NCBI GenBank assembly: GCA_963832375.1
Contig: CAWHUA010000007.1
Location: forward strand, 37,069-101,068
Reading direction: 5' to 3'
DNA from: Vicinamibacterales bacterium
GTDB taxonomy: Bacteria > Acidobacteriota > Vicinamibacteria > Vicinamibacterales > JAMQPK01
DNA: 64,000 nt
Both the position numbers and the translations under genes were made by a program. Shown here in pieces: positions 1-9,982 of this stretch (position 1 is its first letter; each line of letters starts with the position of its first letter). A model generated the notes under the pieces. The model worked only from the letters and a program-made list of their open reading frames with translations. It was not told where the DNA came from and did no database searches.

Positions 1-1
1 C

Positions 2-646
2 GCCGGCGAGAGAGTGTTCGGGGGATGGCGGAAGTCTGCCGCTGGAGATGTGACGCTCGCGCGCGTGCCCTCGGATCGGCCCAGACAGGAGCGGGTCATC
101 CCGATGATGAACAAAGCGCAGGCCGACATCGCCTACGGCTTCACCACGATCGTCCGGAGCGATCCGCGCTACTACGCCTACACCCTGATGAACAACGCAC
201 TCGGGCAGTACGGCATCGGCGGACGGCTCGGCGACAGCATTCGCGAGCGGCAGGGGATGGCGTACTACGTTTTCAGCTCGTTCGACGCGAACGTCGTCGA
301 GGGGCCGCTCGTCGTGCGTGCGGGCGTGAACCCCTCGAACGTCGATCGCGCCGTCAGGTCGATCGACGAGGAAATGGCGCGCATGACGAAAGAGGGACTG
401 ACCCCCGAAGAGCTCGCCGACTGCAAGCAGTACCTGATCGGATCGATTCCACGGCTGCTCGAAACCAACGGGGCCATTGCGACCTTCCTGCAGACGGCCG
501 AATTCTTCGGCCTCGGCCTCGACCACGATGTCCGGCTGCCCGCGCTGCTCGATGCGGTGACGCTGGACGATGTGAATGCCGCGGCGCGGGATTCGCTCGA
601 CACGACCCGTGCGTCGCTCGTCGTGGCCGGGCCTTATCAGAAATGA
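2..646 (+). CDS. M16 (pitrilysin/insulinase) family peptidase, C-terminal part; the 5' end is outside the window
   Basis: The frame is open from the window edge to the TGA at 644-646. The sequence (YGFTTIVRSDPRYYAYTLMNNALGQYG, GMAYYVFS, LTPEELADCKQYLIGS) looks like the non-catalytic C-terminal half of M16 peptidases. The stop overlaps the next start (ATGA). Confidence 0.7.
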   Translation, partial: AGERVFGGWRKSAAGDVTLARVPSDRPRQERVIPMMNKAQADIAYGFTTIVRSDPRYYAYTLMNNALGQYGIGGRLGDSIRERQGMAYYVFSSFDANVVEGPLVVRAGVNPSNVDRAVRSIDEEMARMTKEGLTPEELADCKQYLIGSIPRLLETNGAIATFLQTAEFFGLGLDHDVRLPALLDAVTLDDVNAAARDSLDTTRASLVVAGPYQK

Positions 647-1332
647 ACCAGACCGCGGCGGTCTTCTTCGACGTGGATTTCACGCTCATCTACCCGGGCC
701 CCGCGTTCCAGGGTGAAGGGTACGAGGCGTTCTGCGCGCGGCATGGCGTGGCCGTCGATGCGGCGCGCTTTCCTGAAGCAGTGATCAGTGCGTCGCATAT
801 CCTCGATCGCGATCAGGATGCGGTCTACAACCCGCAGATCTTCATCGACTACACGTCGCACATCATCAAGGCGATGGGCGGATCGGGCGCTGGTGTGGAG
901 CCCTGCGCGACGGAGATCTACCGGGAATGGGCCGCCTGCCAGCACTTCCAGCTCTACGAAGAAGTCCCCGAGGCGCTCGAAGCGCTCGCTGCGCGCGACC
1001 TCGTGCTGGGCTTGATTTCGAACACGCACCGGTGCCTCGAGGCTTTCCAGGAGCACTTCGAGCTCGACGGGCTCATCGACGTGGCCGTCTCGTCGTCGCA
1101 GCACGGGTTCATGAAGCCGCACCCGAGCATCTTCGAGGCGGCGCTGAAGCTGGCGGGCGTGCGAGCCGCAGACGCGGTGATGGTGGGCGACAGCCTGACA
1201 CAGGACATCGAAGGGGCGAGGCGTATCGGGATGAGAGGCGTGCTGGTGAGGCGATCCGACGCAGGTGGCCATGCGCCAGACCCGGGCGTGCCGGTCATTC
1301 GGAGTCTAAGAGAGCTTCCTTCGTTGCTGTGA
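643..1332 (+). CDS. HAD superfamily hydrolase
   Basis: ATG 643 overlaps the upstream stop. It has the N-terminal DxDxT motif (FFDVDFTLI), then ISNT and VGDS..D blocks. The longer track ORF from 25 is a spurious 5' extension across the peptidase gene. Confidence 0.75.
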   Translation: MNQTAAVFFDVDFTLIYPGPAFQGEGYEAFCARHGVAVDAARFPEAVISASHILDRDQDAVYNPQIFIDYTSHIIKAMGGSGAGVEPCATEIYREWAACQHFQLYEEVPEALEALAARDLVLGLISNTHRCLEAFQEHFELDGLIDVAVSSSQHGFMKPHPSIFEAALKLAGVRAADAVMVGDSLTQDIEGARRIGMRGVLVRRSDAGGHAPDPGVPVIRSLRELPSLL

Positions 1333-1336
1333 GAGA

Positions 1337-1454
1337 GGGCACAGAGCGGATCTCAACACGGAGGCACGGAGGCACGGAGACTTTGAATTCTTTTTCAGAA
1401 AAGAAAAAAAGCTCCGTGTCTCTGTGCCTCCGTGTTGAGACCTGCTCCGTGCCC
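1337..1454. terminator. Large bidirectional hairpin between convergent genes
   Basis: Imperfect inverted repeat with arms of about 43 nt (GGGCACAGAGCGGATCTCAACACGGAGGCACGGAGGCACGGAG / CTCCGTGTCTCTGTGCCTCCGTGTTGAGACCTGCTCCGTGCCC). The loop is A/T-rich (TTTTTCAGAAAAGAAAAAAAG). Confidence 0.6.
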
Positions 1455-1459
1455 TCCTG

Positions 1460-1810
1460 CTAGCCGGGCGGCCAGTTCAGAGAACGTCCGCCGAGCACGT
1501 GCAGATGGATGTGGAACACGCTCTGTCCCGCCTGAGGACCTGTGTTGAACACGGTCCGGTAACCGAGATTCGACACGCCGCGCTCGCTGGCAAGCGCCGA
1601 CGCACGCCTGAACATGCGACCGACGAGCGCATCGTGCCCGGGCGTCAGGTCGTTCAGCGATGGAATGTGGGTTTTTGGAATGACGAGCGCGTGCAGCGGC
1701 GCCTGCGGGTTGATGTCCTGGATCGCAATCAGGTCCGCGTCTTCGTACAGCGGCTTTACCGGGATGATGCCCGCGATGATCTTGCAGAAGAGACAGTCCT
1801 CGTTCGTCAT
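1460..1810 (-). CDS. HIT (histidine triad) family protein
   Basis: 116 aa with the histidine triad HIHLHVLGG near the C-terminus. It overlaps the end of prmC by 4 nt. Confidence 0.85.
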   Translation of the reverse strand: MTNEDCLFCKIIAGIIPVKPLYEDADLIAIQDINPQAPLHALVIPKTHIPSLNDLTPGHDALVGRMFRRASALASERGVSNLGYRTVFNTGPQAGQSVFHIHLHVLGGRSLNWPPG

Positions 1811-2682
1811 CGTGCCGCTTCGTGCTTTTTGCGGCAGACAACCGTGCGCGGGATGTCCTGCAGGTCGTGCCGTATCGCCACCAGGTCGAGCGTGCTGACG
1901 ACGTCCACCAGGGCTGTGACGGCATCGTCCTGACCCAGGCCGAACTCCATGATGAGCAGGCCGCCAGCCGCCAATCGCGCGACCGCCGCTTCGAGCACAC
2001 TCCGGACGCCGTCGAGGCCGTCCTCGCCGCCAAACACAGCCACCGGCGGTTCGTAATCGCGTACTTCCGGCGTGAGCCCCGGCTGGGACACCGATGGCAC
2101 GTACGGCGGATTCGAGACGATCACGTCGGCGACATCCTCGATGCCGTCGAGAAAGCTCGTCTCGACAAAACGGATCCGATCGGCGACACCGTGCCGCCGG
2201 GCGTTCTGCCGCGCAACCTCGAGCGCGCTGCGGGACACATCTGTGGCGATCACACGGGCGCCGGGTATCTCGCGCGCCAGGGCGACAGCAATGCAGCCAC
2301 TGCCGGTGCCGATGTCCATGATGACGGGGCGCGTATCGCTGCCAATCCGCGCGAGCGTCTCTTCGATGATGAATTCCGTCTCGTGACGCGGGATCAGCAC
2401 ATCGGGGCCGACCTGGAACGCCATGCCCCAGAATTCCCGCGTGCCCAGGATGTACGACACGGGCTCGCGGCGCTCGCGCCGCGCGACCAGCGGCTCGTAG
2501 TTGAGGACGAACATGCTCGTCGCCCGCTCGTCGCGATCCGTGAGAAAGCGTGCGCGGTCCCAGCCAAGCACCTGCCGCGCGAGTACCTCGGCGTCGAGGG
2601 TGGCACTGTTGGCGCTGATGCCCGCCGTGACGAATCGATCACGGGCGCCGCGCACGAGGTCGTGAATGGTCATGACCATCAA
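1807..2682 (-). CDS. prmC: Release factor glutamine N5-methyltransferase
   Basis: 291 aa with an NPPY motif (VSNPPYVP) and a SAM-binding block (DIGTGSGCI). It lies directly downstream of prfA with a start/stop overlap, which is the classic prfA-prmC arrangement. Confidence 0.85.
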   Translation of the reverse strand: MMVMTIHDLVRGARDRFVTAGISANSATLDAEVLARQVLGWDRARFLTDRDERATSMFVLNYEPLVARRERREPVSYILGTREFWGMAFQVGPDVLIPRHETEFIIEETLARIGSDTRPVIMDIGTGSGCIAVALAREIPGARVIATDVSRSALEVARQNARRHGVADRIRFVETSFLDGIEDVADVIVSNPPYVPSVSQPGLTPEVRDYEPPVAVFGGEDGLDGVRSVLEAAVARLAAGGLLIMEFGLGQDDAVTALVDVVSTLDLVAIRHDLQDIPRTVVCRKKHEAAR

Positions 2683-3752
2683 GTCGTTGTGGCTTCTTTC
2701 AACTTCTCCGACTGGTAGTACATCGTCACTTCATCGAGCAGCTCGGTCAGGTCGCCGGTGCTCAACACCTCGGCGAGCTGGTGAGTGGTGAAGTCTACTC
2801 GATGATCGGTGATGCGGTTTTCCTTGAAATTGTAGGTACGGATCTTTTCGGAGCGCTCGCCGGTGCCGACCTGGCTGCGGCGGTCTTTGGCGATGGCTTC
2901 CTGCTGTTTGCGCATCTCCATCTCGTAGAGCCGCGAGCGCAGGACGCGCATGGCTTTCGCCTTATTCTTGATTTGTGATTTCTCGTCCTGTTGCGAGACG
3001 ACCGTTCCAGTGGGAATGTGAGTGATGCGGACGGCCGAGTAGGTCGTGTTGACGCTCTGGCCGCCGGGGCCGCTCGAGCAGAAGGTATCGATCCGCAGGT
3101 CCTTGGCATCGATCTTCACGTCCACTTCCTCGGCTTCCGGCAGCACAGCGACCGTCACGGTCGACGTGTGAACCCGGCCGGCCGCCTCGGTCGCCGGGAC
3201 GCGCTGCACGCGGTGGACACCGCTCTCGTACTTGAGTTTGCTGTAAGCGCCGCGCCCCTCGATCGTCGCGATCACTTCCTTGACGCCGCCGACGTCGCCG
3301 AAGCTCGTCGACATCACGTCCACGCGCCAGCCCTGCTTGTCGGCGAACTTCGTGTACATCTTGAACAGCTCAGAGGCGAACAGCGCCGCTTCTTCACCGC
3401 CCGTGCCCGCGCGGATCTCGAGCACCACGTTCTTCTGGTCGTTCGGATCTTTCGGGATGAGCAGGATCTTGATTTCAGCGACCAGGGCCTCGTGCCTGGC
3501 GTCGAGGCTCTTCAACTCCTCTCTGGCCAGCTCGCGCATGTCCGCATCGTCGCCCTTGGCCAACTCCTGGTTGTCCTCGATTTCCTTGAGAACGCCCTTG
3601 TACTCGCGGTACTTTTCGACGAGCGGCTCGATCTCGGCGAGCGCTTTCGCGTGCTTGCGATACTCGTTGGAGTCCGACTGAACGGACGGGGTCGCCAGGA
3701 GCGCGGAGAGCTCCTCGTAGTTCGCTTCAACGGAGTTGAGTTTCTCGAGCAT
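2679..3752 (-). CDS. prfA: Peptide chain release factor 1
   Basis: 357 aa with the GGQ motif (SGPGGQSVN) and the RF1-type PAT tripeptide (RVPATE). Confidence 0.95.
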   Translation of the reverse strand: MLEKLNSVEANYEELSALLATPSVQSDSNEYRKHAKALAEIEPLVEKYREYKGVLKEIEDNQELAKGDDADMRELAREELKSLDARHEALVAEIKILLIPKDPNDQKNVVLEIRAGTGGEEAALFASELFKMYTKFADKQGWRVDVMSTSFGDVGGVKEVIATIEGRGAYSKLKYESGVHRVQRVPATEAAGRVHTSTVTVAVLPEAEEVDVKIDAKDLRIDTFCSSGPGGQSVNTTYSAVRITHIPTGTVVSQQDEKSQIKNKAKAMRVLRSRLYEMEMRKQQEAIAKDRRSQVGTGERSEKIRTYNFKENRITDHRVDFTTHQLAEVLSTGDLTELLDEVTMYYQSEKLKEATTT

Positions 3753-3787
3753 CCTTGTCTTCTTAACAGAAGGTCAGAAGAGTGTCT

Positions 3788-4033
3788 TTACCCCCCGGAA
3801 ACAGGCGGTAGAAACGCGACCTCGTCGCCATCGGCCACCATGGCCGTCATCCTGGAGTAATCGGCGTTCACCGCGGACGAAACGGACGACTCGTAGCGGG
3901 CCATCTCCGGAAATTCGGTCACCAGTCCCCGCCAGACGTCCGCAACGGTCGCGCCGGTCGGCACCTCTCGCGACAGATCGCCCGATCGGGCGATGTCGCG
4001 CAGCCGCGCAAAGAGCCGGACCGTTACGCGCAT
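3788..4033 (-). CDS. moaD: Molybdopterin synthase sulfur carrier subunit (MoaD/ThiS fold)
   Basis: 81 aa from ATG 4033 (MRVTVRLFARL...), ending in the diglycine LPPVSGG. The track ORF extends further 5' through moaE in another frame context. Confidence 0.75.
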   Translation of the reverse strand: MRVTVRLFARLRDIARSGDLSREVPTGATVADVWRGLVTEFPEMARYESSVSSAVNADYSRMTAMVADGDEVAFLPPVSGG

Positions 4034-4497
4034 GCGCGTCGCACCGCCTCCAGCCGTGCCGCCTCGTCGTCGGGGTTGGCGGTGGCCCCCTCGATCCAGA
4101 CCTCGCCACCCTCGAAAAACTCGTGCTTCCAGATCGGCACGATCTGCTTGACCCGCTCGATCACATATCGGCACGCCGCGAACGCCGCCGCACGGTGCGC
4201 ACTGGCCGCGGCTATCACGATGCTCGCCTCGCCGATGGCGAGCCGTCCTATACGGTGGTGCACAGCCACCCGGATACCCGGCCACTCGCGCCCGGCCTCG
4301 CGGCAAATCTGCTCGAGGGCCTTGACCGCCATCGGCTCGTACGCCTCGTATTCGAGATGCGTCACCCGCCGGTTCAGGTTGTTGTCACGCACGACACCGA
4401 TGAACGTGGCCACGGCGCCATGGCCTTCCCCGATCGACACCAGTCGAATCAGCGAATCCAGGTCGAGCACGCGGGAGGTCACGGCGATCGGGTTCAT
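4024..4497 (-). CDS. moaE: Molybdopterin synthase catalytic subunit
   Basis: 157 aa from ATG 4497 (MNPIAVTSRV...). It has MoaE-like blocks (ATFIGVVRD, HRIGRLAIGEASIVIAAASAHR, PIWKHEFF) and overlaps the moaD start by 10 nt. Confidence 0.8.
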   Translation of the reverse strand: MNPIAVTSRVLDLDSLIRLVSIGEGHGAVATFIGVVRDNNLNRRVTHLEYEAYEPMAVKALEQICREAGREWPGIRVAVHHRIGRLAIGEASIVIAAASAHRAAAFAACRYVIERVKQIVPIWKHEFFEGGEVWIEGATANPDDEAARLEAVRRACA

Positions 4498-4511
4498 GCG
4501 GAACCCTACGA

Positions 4512-5306
4512 TTATAAAGATAATTCCCAGAAGTGGTTGAGGAGGCGCGCGCCCCGCCCAATCTCGAACGAGTGCTCGATGGCGCCGGTGATGTACCGCT
4601 TCGCGTGCCCGACCGCCGACGGGACGTCGTCGCCCAATGCGAGCCGGGCGGCAATCGCCGACGCGAACGTGCACCCCGTACCGTGAACGCTGCCAACAGC
4701 CACGCGTGTGGCCTCGATTTCTGTGAACGTGCCGGCGTACAGCAGCACGTCCACCGCTTTCGACCCCTCCAGGTGTCCCCCCTTGACCACGACCGCCGCC
4801 GGGCCAAAGTCGAGGATGCGCCGGGCGGCATCCCGAGCCTGGTCGAGGGACTGGATTCGAACCCCCGACAGCGTTTCGGCTTCGGCGACATTGGGCGTCA
4901 CGACCGTCGCGGCCGGAAGCAGGTTCGTCTTCAATACTGAGACGGCGTCGGGGGCCAGCAGGGTCCGGCTTCGGGGGCCGCTCGCCACCAGCAGGGGATC
5001 GACGACGAGCTTCAGCCGGGGGATCCGGCGGACCCTCTCGGCGACTACCCGCACGATATCCGCGGTGGCGAGCATGCCGGTCTTTACCGCCGCAATGTCG
5101 ACGTCGGATGCGATCGCGTCGATTTGTGCCTGCACAAACTCCGGCGAGAGGGCGAGCACGTCGCGGACGCCATTGGTATCTTGCGCGGTGATGGCCGTCA
5201 ACGCGGAAACACCATACACGCCAAGAGCGGCAAACGTCTTCAGGTCGGCCTGGACGCCGGCGCCCGCAATGGAATCGCTGCCCGCGATGGTGAGCGTCGT
5301 TCGCAT
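4512..5306 (-). CDS. thiD: Hydroxymethylpyrimidine/phosphomethylpyrimidine kinase
   Basis: 264 aa. The N-terminus LTIAGSDSIAGAGVQADLKTF and the C-terminal GTGCTFASAIAA anion-hole block are typical of ThiD. Confidence 0.85.
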   Translation of the reverse strand: MRTTLTIAGSDSIAGAGVQADLKTFAALGVYGVSALTAITAQDTNGVRDVLALSPEFVQAQIDAIASDVDIAAVKTGMLATADIVRVVAERVRRIPRLKLVVDPLLVASGPRSRTLLAPDAVSVLKTNLLPAATVVTPNVAEAETLSGVRIQSLDQARDAARRILDFGPAAVVVKGGHLEGSKAVDVLLYAGTFTEIEATRVAVGSVHGTGCTFASAIAARLALGDDVPSAVGHAKRYITGAIEHSFEIGRGARLLNHFWELSL

Positions 5307-5315
5307 GGGCTGAAG

Positions 5316-5993
5316 CTACCGGCCGAAGATCAGGAAATACTGATACGGCAGGAACTTGTGTTGCTCCACGAGCCTCAGTCCGGCGGTCTGCGCCTGCGCG
5401 ATCACGACGCCCGGCGGCACTCGCTCTTCGGGCCCCGGCCCCGGCCCGCCTTCGCCCTCGCGGTAATCGATGATGCCGATGCGTCCCTGGGGCTTCAGCG
5501 TTCGTACGACGTTGCGGAGCAGGACGACGGGATGCTCCACTTCATGAAACGCATCGACCATGAGCACGGCATCGGGGTTGGCATTGGCCGGAAGACTCGG
5601 GTCGTCGTAACCGCCGAGCACCGGTGTGACGATATCGGTCAAGCCCTCACGTTGTATCCGGCGGACGATCGCTTGAATCATGAGACTCTGCACGTCGACG
5701 GCGTACACCCTGCCGTTCGGCCCGACGCGGCGCGCGAGCCGTGAAGTGAACCAGCCGCCGCCAGCCCCCAGGTCGAGGACCGTCGTGCCCTCGGCGATGT
5801 GCAGTGCATCCATCACCTGGTCGGGCTTCTGCCATGCCTCGCGATCGGGCGGTTCGAGCAGGCCCAGATCCTGCGGTGCGAAGAGTCGAGGCGTACGCGG
5901 GGGCTTTGGCGCAGCCGGCTTCTGCTGGGCGGACGGCATCCCGGAGCCTGCCACCGCGAGCGTGAGGACGAGGGCGATGACCCTGAGGTTCAT
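5316..5993 (-). CDS. Secreted class I SAM-dependent methyltransferase
   Basis: Start at ATG 5993 (MNLRVIALVLTLAVAGSG, signal-peptide-like). It has SAM motif I (VLDLGAGGGWFT). The track ORF to 6767 is a 5' extension antisense-independent of aspA. Confidence 0.7.
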   Translation of the reverse strand: MNLRVIALVLTLAVAGSGMPSAQQKPAAPKPPRTPRLFAPQDLGLLEPPDREAWQKPDQVMDALHIAEGTTVLDLGAGGGWFTSRLARRVGPNGRVYAVDVQSLMIQAIVRRIQREGLTDIVTPVLGGYDDPSLPANANPDAVLMVDAFHEVEHPVVLLRNVVRTLKPQGRIGIIDYREGEGGPGPGPEERVPPGVVIAQAQTAGLRLVEQHKFLPYQYFLIFGR

Positions 5994-7396
5994 TGGTCGG
6001 GTGCCGTCATGCGTTCGGGGGCGAGCAGGACGTCGAGCTCGCTGTCGGTCAGAATGCCTCGCTCCTTCGCGATCTGCCGGATCGATTTTCCCGTGCGCAC
6101 AGATTCTTTCGCAATCTCGGCGGTGGCCGCGTACCCGATGCGAGGGCTCAGCGCGGTGGCTACCGCTGTACTGCGGTCGAGCAGCTCGCGGTTCCGGTTG
6201 GCGTCGGCTGTCATGCCCTCGATCGTTCTCGTGGCGAGCGCCGTCATCGCCCCGCGGAGAATCCGGGACGCGTGCAGCGCGTTCCAGGCGATGACCGGCA
6301 TCATCACGTTCAGTTCGAGCTGTCCGGCCTCCGCGGCCATCGCCACGGTCAGATCGCAGCCCATCACCTGATAGCACACCTGGTTCACCATTTCGGGCAC
6401 CGAGGGGTTTACCTTGCCCGGCATGATCGACGAACCCGGCTGCACGGCCGGGAGTGTGATTTCGGACAAACCCGCGCGCGGCCCCATGCTCAGCAGGCGC
6501 AGGTCGCTTGCGATTTTGCCGAGCTCGATCGAGAGCCGCCGCATGGCGCCGGAATACGCCGCCACGTCGCCCATGCTCTGAGTGACGCGAAAAAGGTTGG
6601 TGGCGCGGCGAAGCGGAAGCTGCGTGTACGAGCGCAGGTGGTCGACCGCGGTTTTCGCATAGTCCGCGCTCGCGTTCAAACCTGTCCCCACCGCGGTGGC
6701 GCCAAGATTCAACTCGGTCAACTGTGCCGACGCCGCGTCGACGTCGTCGGCGCCCCGCTGAATGCACGCGGCATATCCGCCGAACACTTCTCCCAGCGTG
6801 ATGGGCACCGCGTCCTGCAGGTGCGTCCGCCCGACCTTCAGGATGCCCGCGAACTCGCGCGACTTGCGCTCGAGTGCGGCCTGCAGATTGCGCGCGCTCA
6901 GCACGAGCGGGCCATGATCGATCAGCAGCGCGAGGCGTGTGGCCGTCGGGAACACGTCGTTGGTGGATTGCGACATGTTTACGTGGTCGTTCGGATGGAC
7001 CCTGTCGTACGTGCCTTTCGGCGCGCCCAGTATTTCCGCGGCGCGGTTGGCCAGCACTTCGTTCGCGTTCATGTTGTGCGACGTGCCGGCGCCCGCCTGG
7101 TACACGTCGACGATGAACTGATCGCGGAGTTGGCCGGCGAGCACTTCGTCGGCCGCGGCCATGATGGCGCGACCGATGTCTCCGGGCAGATGATCCAGGG
7201 CCATGTTGGCCGCCGCCGCCGCTTTCTTGACGAGGATGGTGGCCGTCACGAGCTCGTCCGGTGCGCGGAGGCCGCTGATCGGAAAGTTCTCGGCGGCGCG
7301 CTGTGTCTGGATCCCGTAGTACGCGTCGGCCGGAACGTCGTGCTCGCCCAACGGATCGCGCTCGCGGCGAACGTGGCGCTTGGCGTCCGTTTTCAT
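5990..7396 (-). CDS. aspA: Aspartate ammonia-lyase (fumarate lyase superfamily)
   Basis: 468 aa with the superfamily signature GSSIMPGKVNP. The block that follows (SVPEMVNQVCYQVMG) resembles AspA more than class II fumarase. Confidence 0.75.
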   Translation of the reverse strand: MKTDAKRHVRRERDPLGEHDVPADAYYGIQTQRAAENFPISGLRAPDELVTATILVKKAAAAANMALDHLPGDIGRAIMAAADEVLAGQLRDQFIVDVYQAGAGTSHNMNANEVLANRAAEILGAPKGTYDRVHPNDHVNMSQSTNDVFPTATRLALLIDHGPLVLSARNLQAALERKSREFAGILKVGRTHLQDAVPITLGEVFGGYAACIQRGADDVDAASAQLTELNLGATAVGTGLNASADYAKTAVDHLRSYTQLPLRRATNLFRVTQSMGDVAAYSGAMRRLSIELGKIASDLRLLSMGPRAGLSEITLPAVQPGSSIMPGKVNPSVPEMVNQVCYQVMGCDLTVAMAAEAGQLELNVMMPVIAWNALHASRILRGAMTALATRTIEGMTADANRNRELLDRSTAVATALSPRIGYAATAEIAKESVRTGKSIRQIAKERGILTDSELDVLLAPERMTAPDQ

Positions 7397-7398
7397 CT

Positions 7399-7428
7399 CA
7401 GTACGTAGTCTCCGCCTTTAGGCAGACC
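7399..7428. repeat. Partial copy of the REP-like family GTACGTAGTGTCCG...
   Basis: AGTACGTAGTCTCCGCCTTTAGGCAGACC resembles the left half of the copies at 55283-55372 and 57150-57240. It lies just upstream of the aspA start. Confidence 0.45.
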
Positions 7429-7466
7429 TTGTCCACCGCCGGACGGACCTTGTCTATACTACCCGG

Positions 7467-8988
7467 ATGCTTCCACGGTTTTTCGACAGCGTGCTCGACC
7501 TGGTGGTCAGAACGTCGACCGATTTGCCTCCCGACGTTCGAGCGGCCATGAAGGGTGCGATGGGAGCCGAGCAACCTGGTACGAAATCGTCCCAGGCGCT
7601 GAAGATCATTGCGCTGAATATCGATCAGGCCGCCGAGGGCGAAGGGGCGATCTGCCAGGACACTGGAATGCCGACCTTCGAGGTGCACGTACCGCGCGGG
7701 ACGGATCAAATCTGGATGCGCCAGCAGATTCGCGAGGCCGTAGCGAAAGCGACCAGGCTCGGGAAGCTGCGGCCGAACTCCGTCGATTCGATCACGGGCG
7801 AAAACTCCGGCGACAACCTCGGCCCGGGCACGCCCATCATTCATTTCGATCAATGGGAAGAAGACGAGATCGAGGTGAAGCTCATTCTCAAGGGCGGCGG
7901 CTGCGAGAACATGAACATTCAGGTACTCGCTGCCGGCAGAGATCCCGAACCTCGGCCGGGCCGACCGCACACTCGAGGGCGTGCGCAAATGCATCCTGCA
8001 CGCGGTCTGGCAGGCGCAGGGCAAAGGGTGCGCGCCGGGCGCCGTCGGCGTATGCATCGGCGGAGATCGCACCTCCGGGTACGTACACGCCAAAGAGCAG
8101 CTCTTCCGAACGCTCGACGACGTCAATCCCGATCCGAGGCTGGCCGATCTCGAAGCGAACATCATGGGCACGGCGAACACGCTCGGCATCGGCACCATGG
8201 GATTCGGCGGCGAGGTCAGCCTGATCGGGTGCAAGGTCGGCGTCCTCAATCGACTACCCGCCAGCTTCTTCGTCTCGGTGGCCTACGACTGCTGGGCGTT
8301 CCGGCGTCTCGGCGTCAGGCTCGATGCCCGCGATGGCTCGATCCTGCGATGGCTCTATCGCGATCCCAGCAATCCGACCATTCCGATGATGGATCAGGAG
8401 GGCTTCGTTCGGTCCGGCCGCGAGCTGCGTCTCGAGGCGCCCCTCGACGAGGCGACCGTGCGGTCGCTGAAGGTCGGCGATGTCGTGCTCGTGTCGGGCC
8501 GGATGTATACCGGACGGGACGCCGTGCACGCGCACCTGATGAAGCACGACCCGCCCGTCGATCTACGGGGCTCGGTGCTCTATCACTGCGGTCCCGTCGT
8601 CAAGAAAGAGGGGGAGCGCTGGACGGTCACGGCGGCCGGCCCCACCACCAGCATCCGTGAAGAGCCATACCAGGCCGAGATTCTTCGCCGTTACGGCGTT
8701 CGTGCCGTCATGGGCAAGGGCGGCATGGGAGCGAAGACGCTGCAGGGACTGAAGGAAACGGGTGCGGTGTACCTCAATGCCGTCGGCGGCGCGGCCCAGT
8801 ACTACGCGCGCTGCATCGAGCGAACCGATGGCGTGTCGCTGACCGAGTTCGGCACGCCCGAGGCGATGTGGCACCTGTGGGTCAAGGACTTTCCGGCGAT
8901 TGTCACGATGGATGCCCACGGCAACAGCCTGCACAAGGATCTCGAAGCGCAGTCGGCCGGGAAACTCCAGTCGCTCAGTACCCCCTGA
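7467..8988 (+). CDS. Class I (Fe-S) fumarate hydratase / tartrate dehydratase family, fused alpha+beta domains; 1-nt frame break near 7921
   Basis: The N-terminal part (frame of 7467) reads ...GAICQDTGMPTFEV...KGGGCENMNIQ. The protein continues in the +1 frame as YSLPAEIPNLGRADRTLEGVRKCILHAVWQAQGKGCAPGAVGVCIGGDR..., then the beta domain (GRMYTGRDAVHAHL, GPTTS). An extra G at CAG-G-TAC separates the two frames. Confidence 0.75.
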
Positions 8989-9921
8989 TCAACACTTTGC
9001 GGCCCGCGGCTCGATCGCGTCGAGATTGACGAGCTCGGGGCGCCGATAGCCTCGCTCCATGGCTCCCCGATCGAGATGCATCGTGGCGAGATCCTCGATC
9101 GCGACGAGCGGGAACGGCGTGGGCTCGGCGGTCTCGATCACTTTGGTGTAGCCGCCGCACGCGCCGCACAGCTCGACGCGCTGCTGCGGCTCCTTGACGT
9201 CCGGAGCCGCCGCCACGAAGTTCTCGCCCGCGTGTCCACAGTAGATGCAGCGGTGCGATTGGAGCGACCATCCGAGCGCGCAGTACCAGCAGCGCAGCAC
9301 GCGCGCCGCATCCTGCGCTTCGATGTACGCCGGCCACGATCCGCAGAACGGGCAGTAGCCGCGATCCCATGCGGAAACGGGGTCGGGAGGGGTTTTCGCT
9401 GGATCGGTCCGAAAACCCCTCCCGACCCCGTTGTCGGCCAGATGATGCGCGAGCGGACTGCTGGCGAGCTCGCCAATCAGCCACAACAGGTCGGGTGAGA
9501 AGCCCATGTGCAGCGCGCTGGTCCGCACCGCCTCCTGATCACGTGCCAGCGAAACCCTCACCAGCGAAATGGCGTCTATAGAACGGGCCGCAACAGCCTC
9601 GCCGATGTGACGCGCGCTGTCGCCGGCCCCGCCCTCTGCCAATGCGGTGCATAAAGGCGGGATAAAACCGCCGAGCTGGAGTGGGATGTCGATTGTTTCA
9701 TTCCGCACAGCCGGCACGCCCCGTGTCCGCTTGTCCGCAATCACGAGCGGGCTCAGGTTCAGCGACACGACCCCTGCGAGGCTGGCCGAGGCGTCGACGA
9801 GGAGCCCGAGGAGGCGCTGCTGAAGCGCGACGGCAGGGGCAAGATCGGGCGATTTTGCTTCGATTTCGGCCCATTTTGCCGCTGCGAGGCGCCACAATGG
9901 GTCGTGATGACGGGGTGGCAC
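8989..9921 (-). CDS. FdhE-like protein (four CxxC motifs)
   Basis: 310 aa. The C-terminal half has CPFCGS, CWYCALGW, CIYCGH and CGACGGY with FdhE-like spacing. No formate dehydrogenase genes are nearby. It contains an in-frame REP palindrome. Confidence 0.55.
   Translation of the reverse strand: MPPRHHDPLWRLAAAKWAEIEAKSPDLAPAVALQQRLLGLLVDASASLAGVVSLNLSPLVIADKRTRGVPAVRNETIDIPLQLGGFIPPLCTALAEGGAGDSARHIGEAVAARSIDAISLVRVSLARDQEAVRTSALHMGFSPDLLWLIGELASSPLAHHLADNGVGRGFRTDPAKTPPDPVSAWDRGYCPFCGSWPAYIEAQDAARVLRCWYCALGWSLQSHRCIYCGHAGENFVAAAPDVKEPQQRVELCGACGGYTKVIETAEPTPFPLVAIEDLATMHLDRGAMERGYRRPELVNLDAIEPRAAKC
9378..9430. repeat. REP-like palindrome, family GGGGTCGGGAGGGGTTTTC (copy inside a CDS)
   Basis: Arms CGGGGTCGGGAGGGGTTTTC / GAAAACCCCTCCCGACCCCG with a 13-nt loop. 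The same palindrome is intergenic at 13386-13439 and 63939-63995. Confidence 0.85.
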
Positions 9922-9982
9922 AGCGGGCCAGTATTGTATAATTTCCTCAGTGGGTTCCGGTGTTTGACCCAGGAGAAATCAC

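Noticed and set aside
25-1332. Track ORFs with long N-terminal extensions: 25..1332, 5316..6767, 13492..14472, 26097..27125, 26869..30321, 50658..51830 and 60611..63922.
   Set aside because: The recognisable protein begins at an internal start with an RBS or a stop/start overlap. The upstream part overlaps a neighbouring real gene in another frame.
2679-3752. Checked the release-factor gene for the prfB-type programmed +1 frameshift.
   Set aside because: The gene is RF1 (PAT motif) with a single uninterrupted frame, so no frameshift site is expected or seen.
5993-7408. Long ORFs antisense to well-supported genes. Examples are 5993..7408 opposite aspA, 10357..11481 opposite the Fur fusion, 52932..54116 and 61847..63061 opposite the receptor and addB-like genes, and 36808..37683 opposite K3.
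   Set aside because: They are typical high-GC antisense artefacts. The products are Arg/Ala/Gly/Pro-rich and low-complexity with no motifs, while the opposite strand encodes clearly recognisable proteins.
7429-7469. Possible leaderless promoter for the fumarase gene (TATACT at 7455-7460, 6 nt before the ATG).
   Set aside because: The only -35-like hexamer (TTGTCC, 7429-7434) is 20 nt away. This evidence is too thin for a feature call.
7911-7925. The fumarase +1 frame change (and the recombinase frame change at about 20920) considered as programmed frameshifting.
   Set aside because: There is no slippery heptamer, no stimulatory structure and no precedent for these families. The pattern matches the homopolymer-associated indels seen throughout the window.
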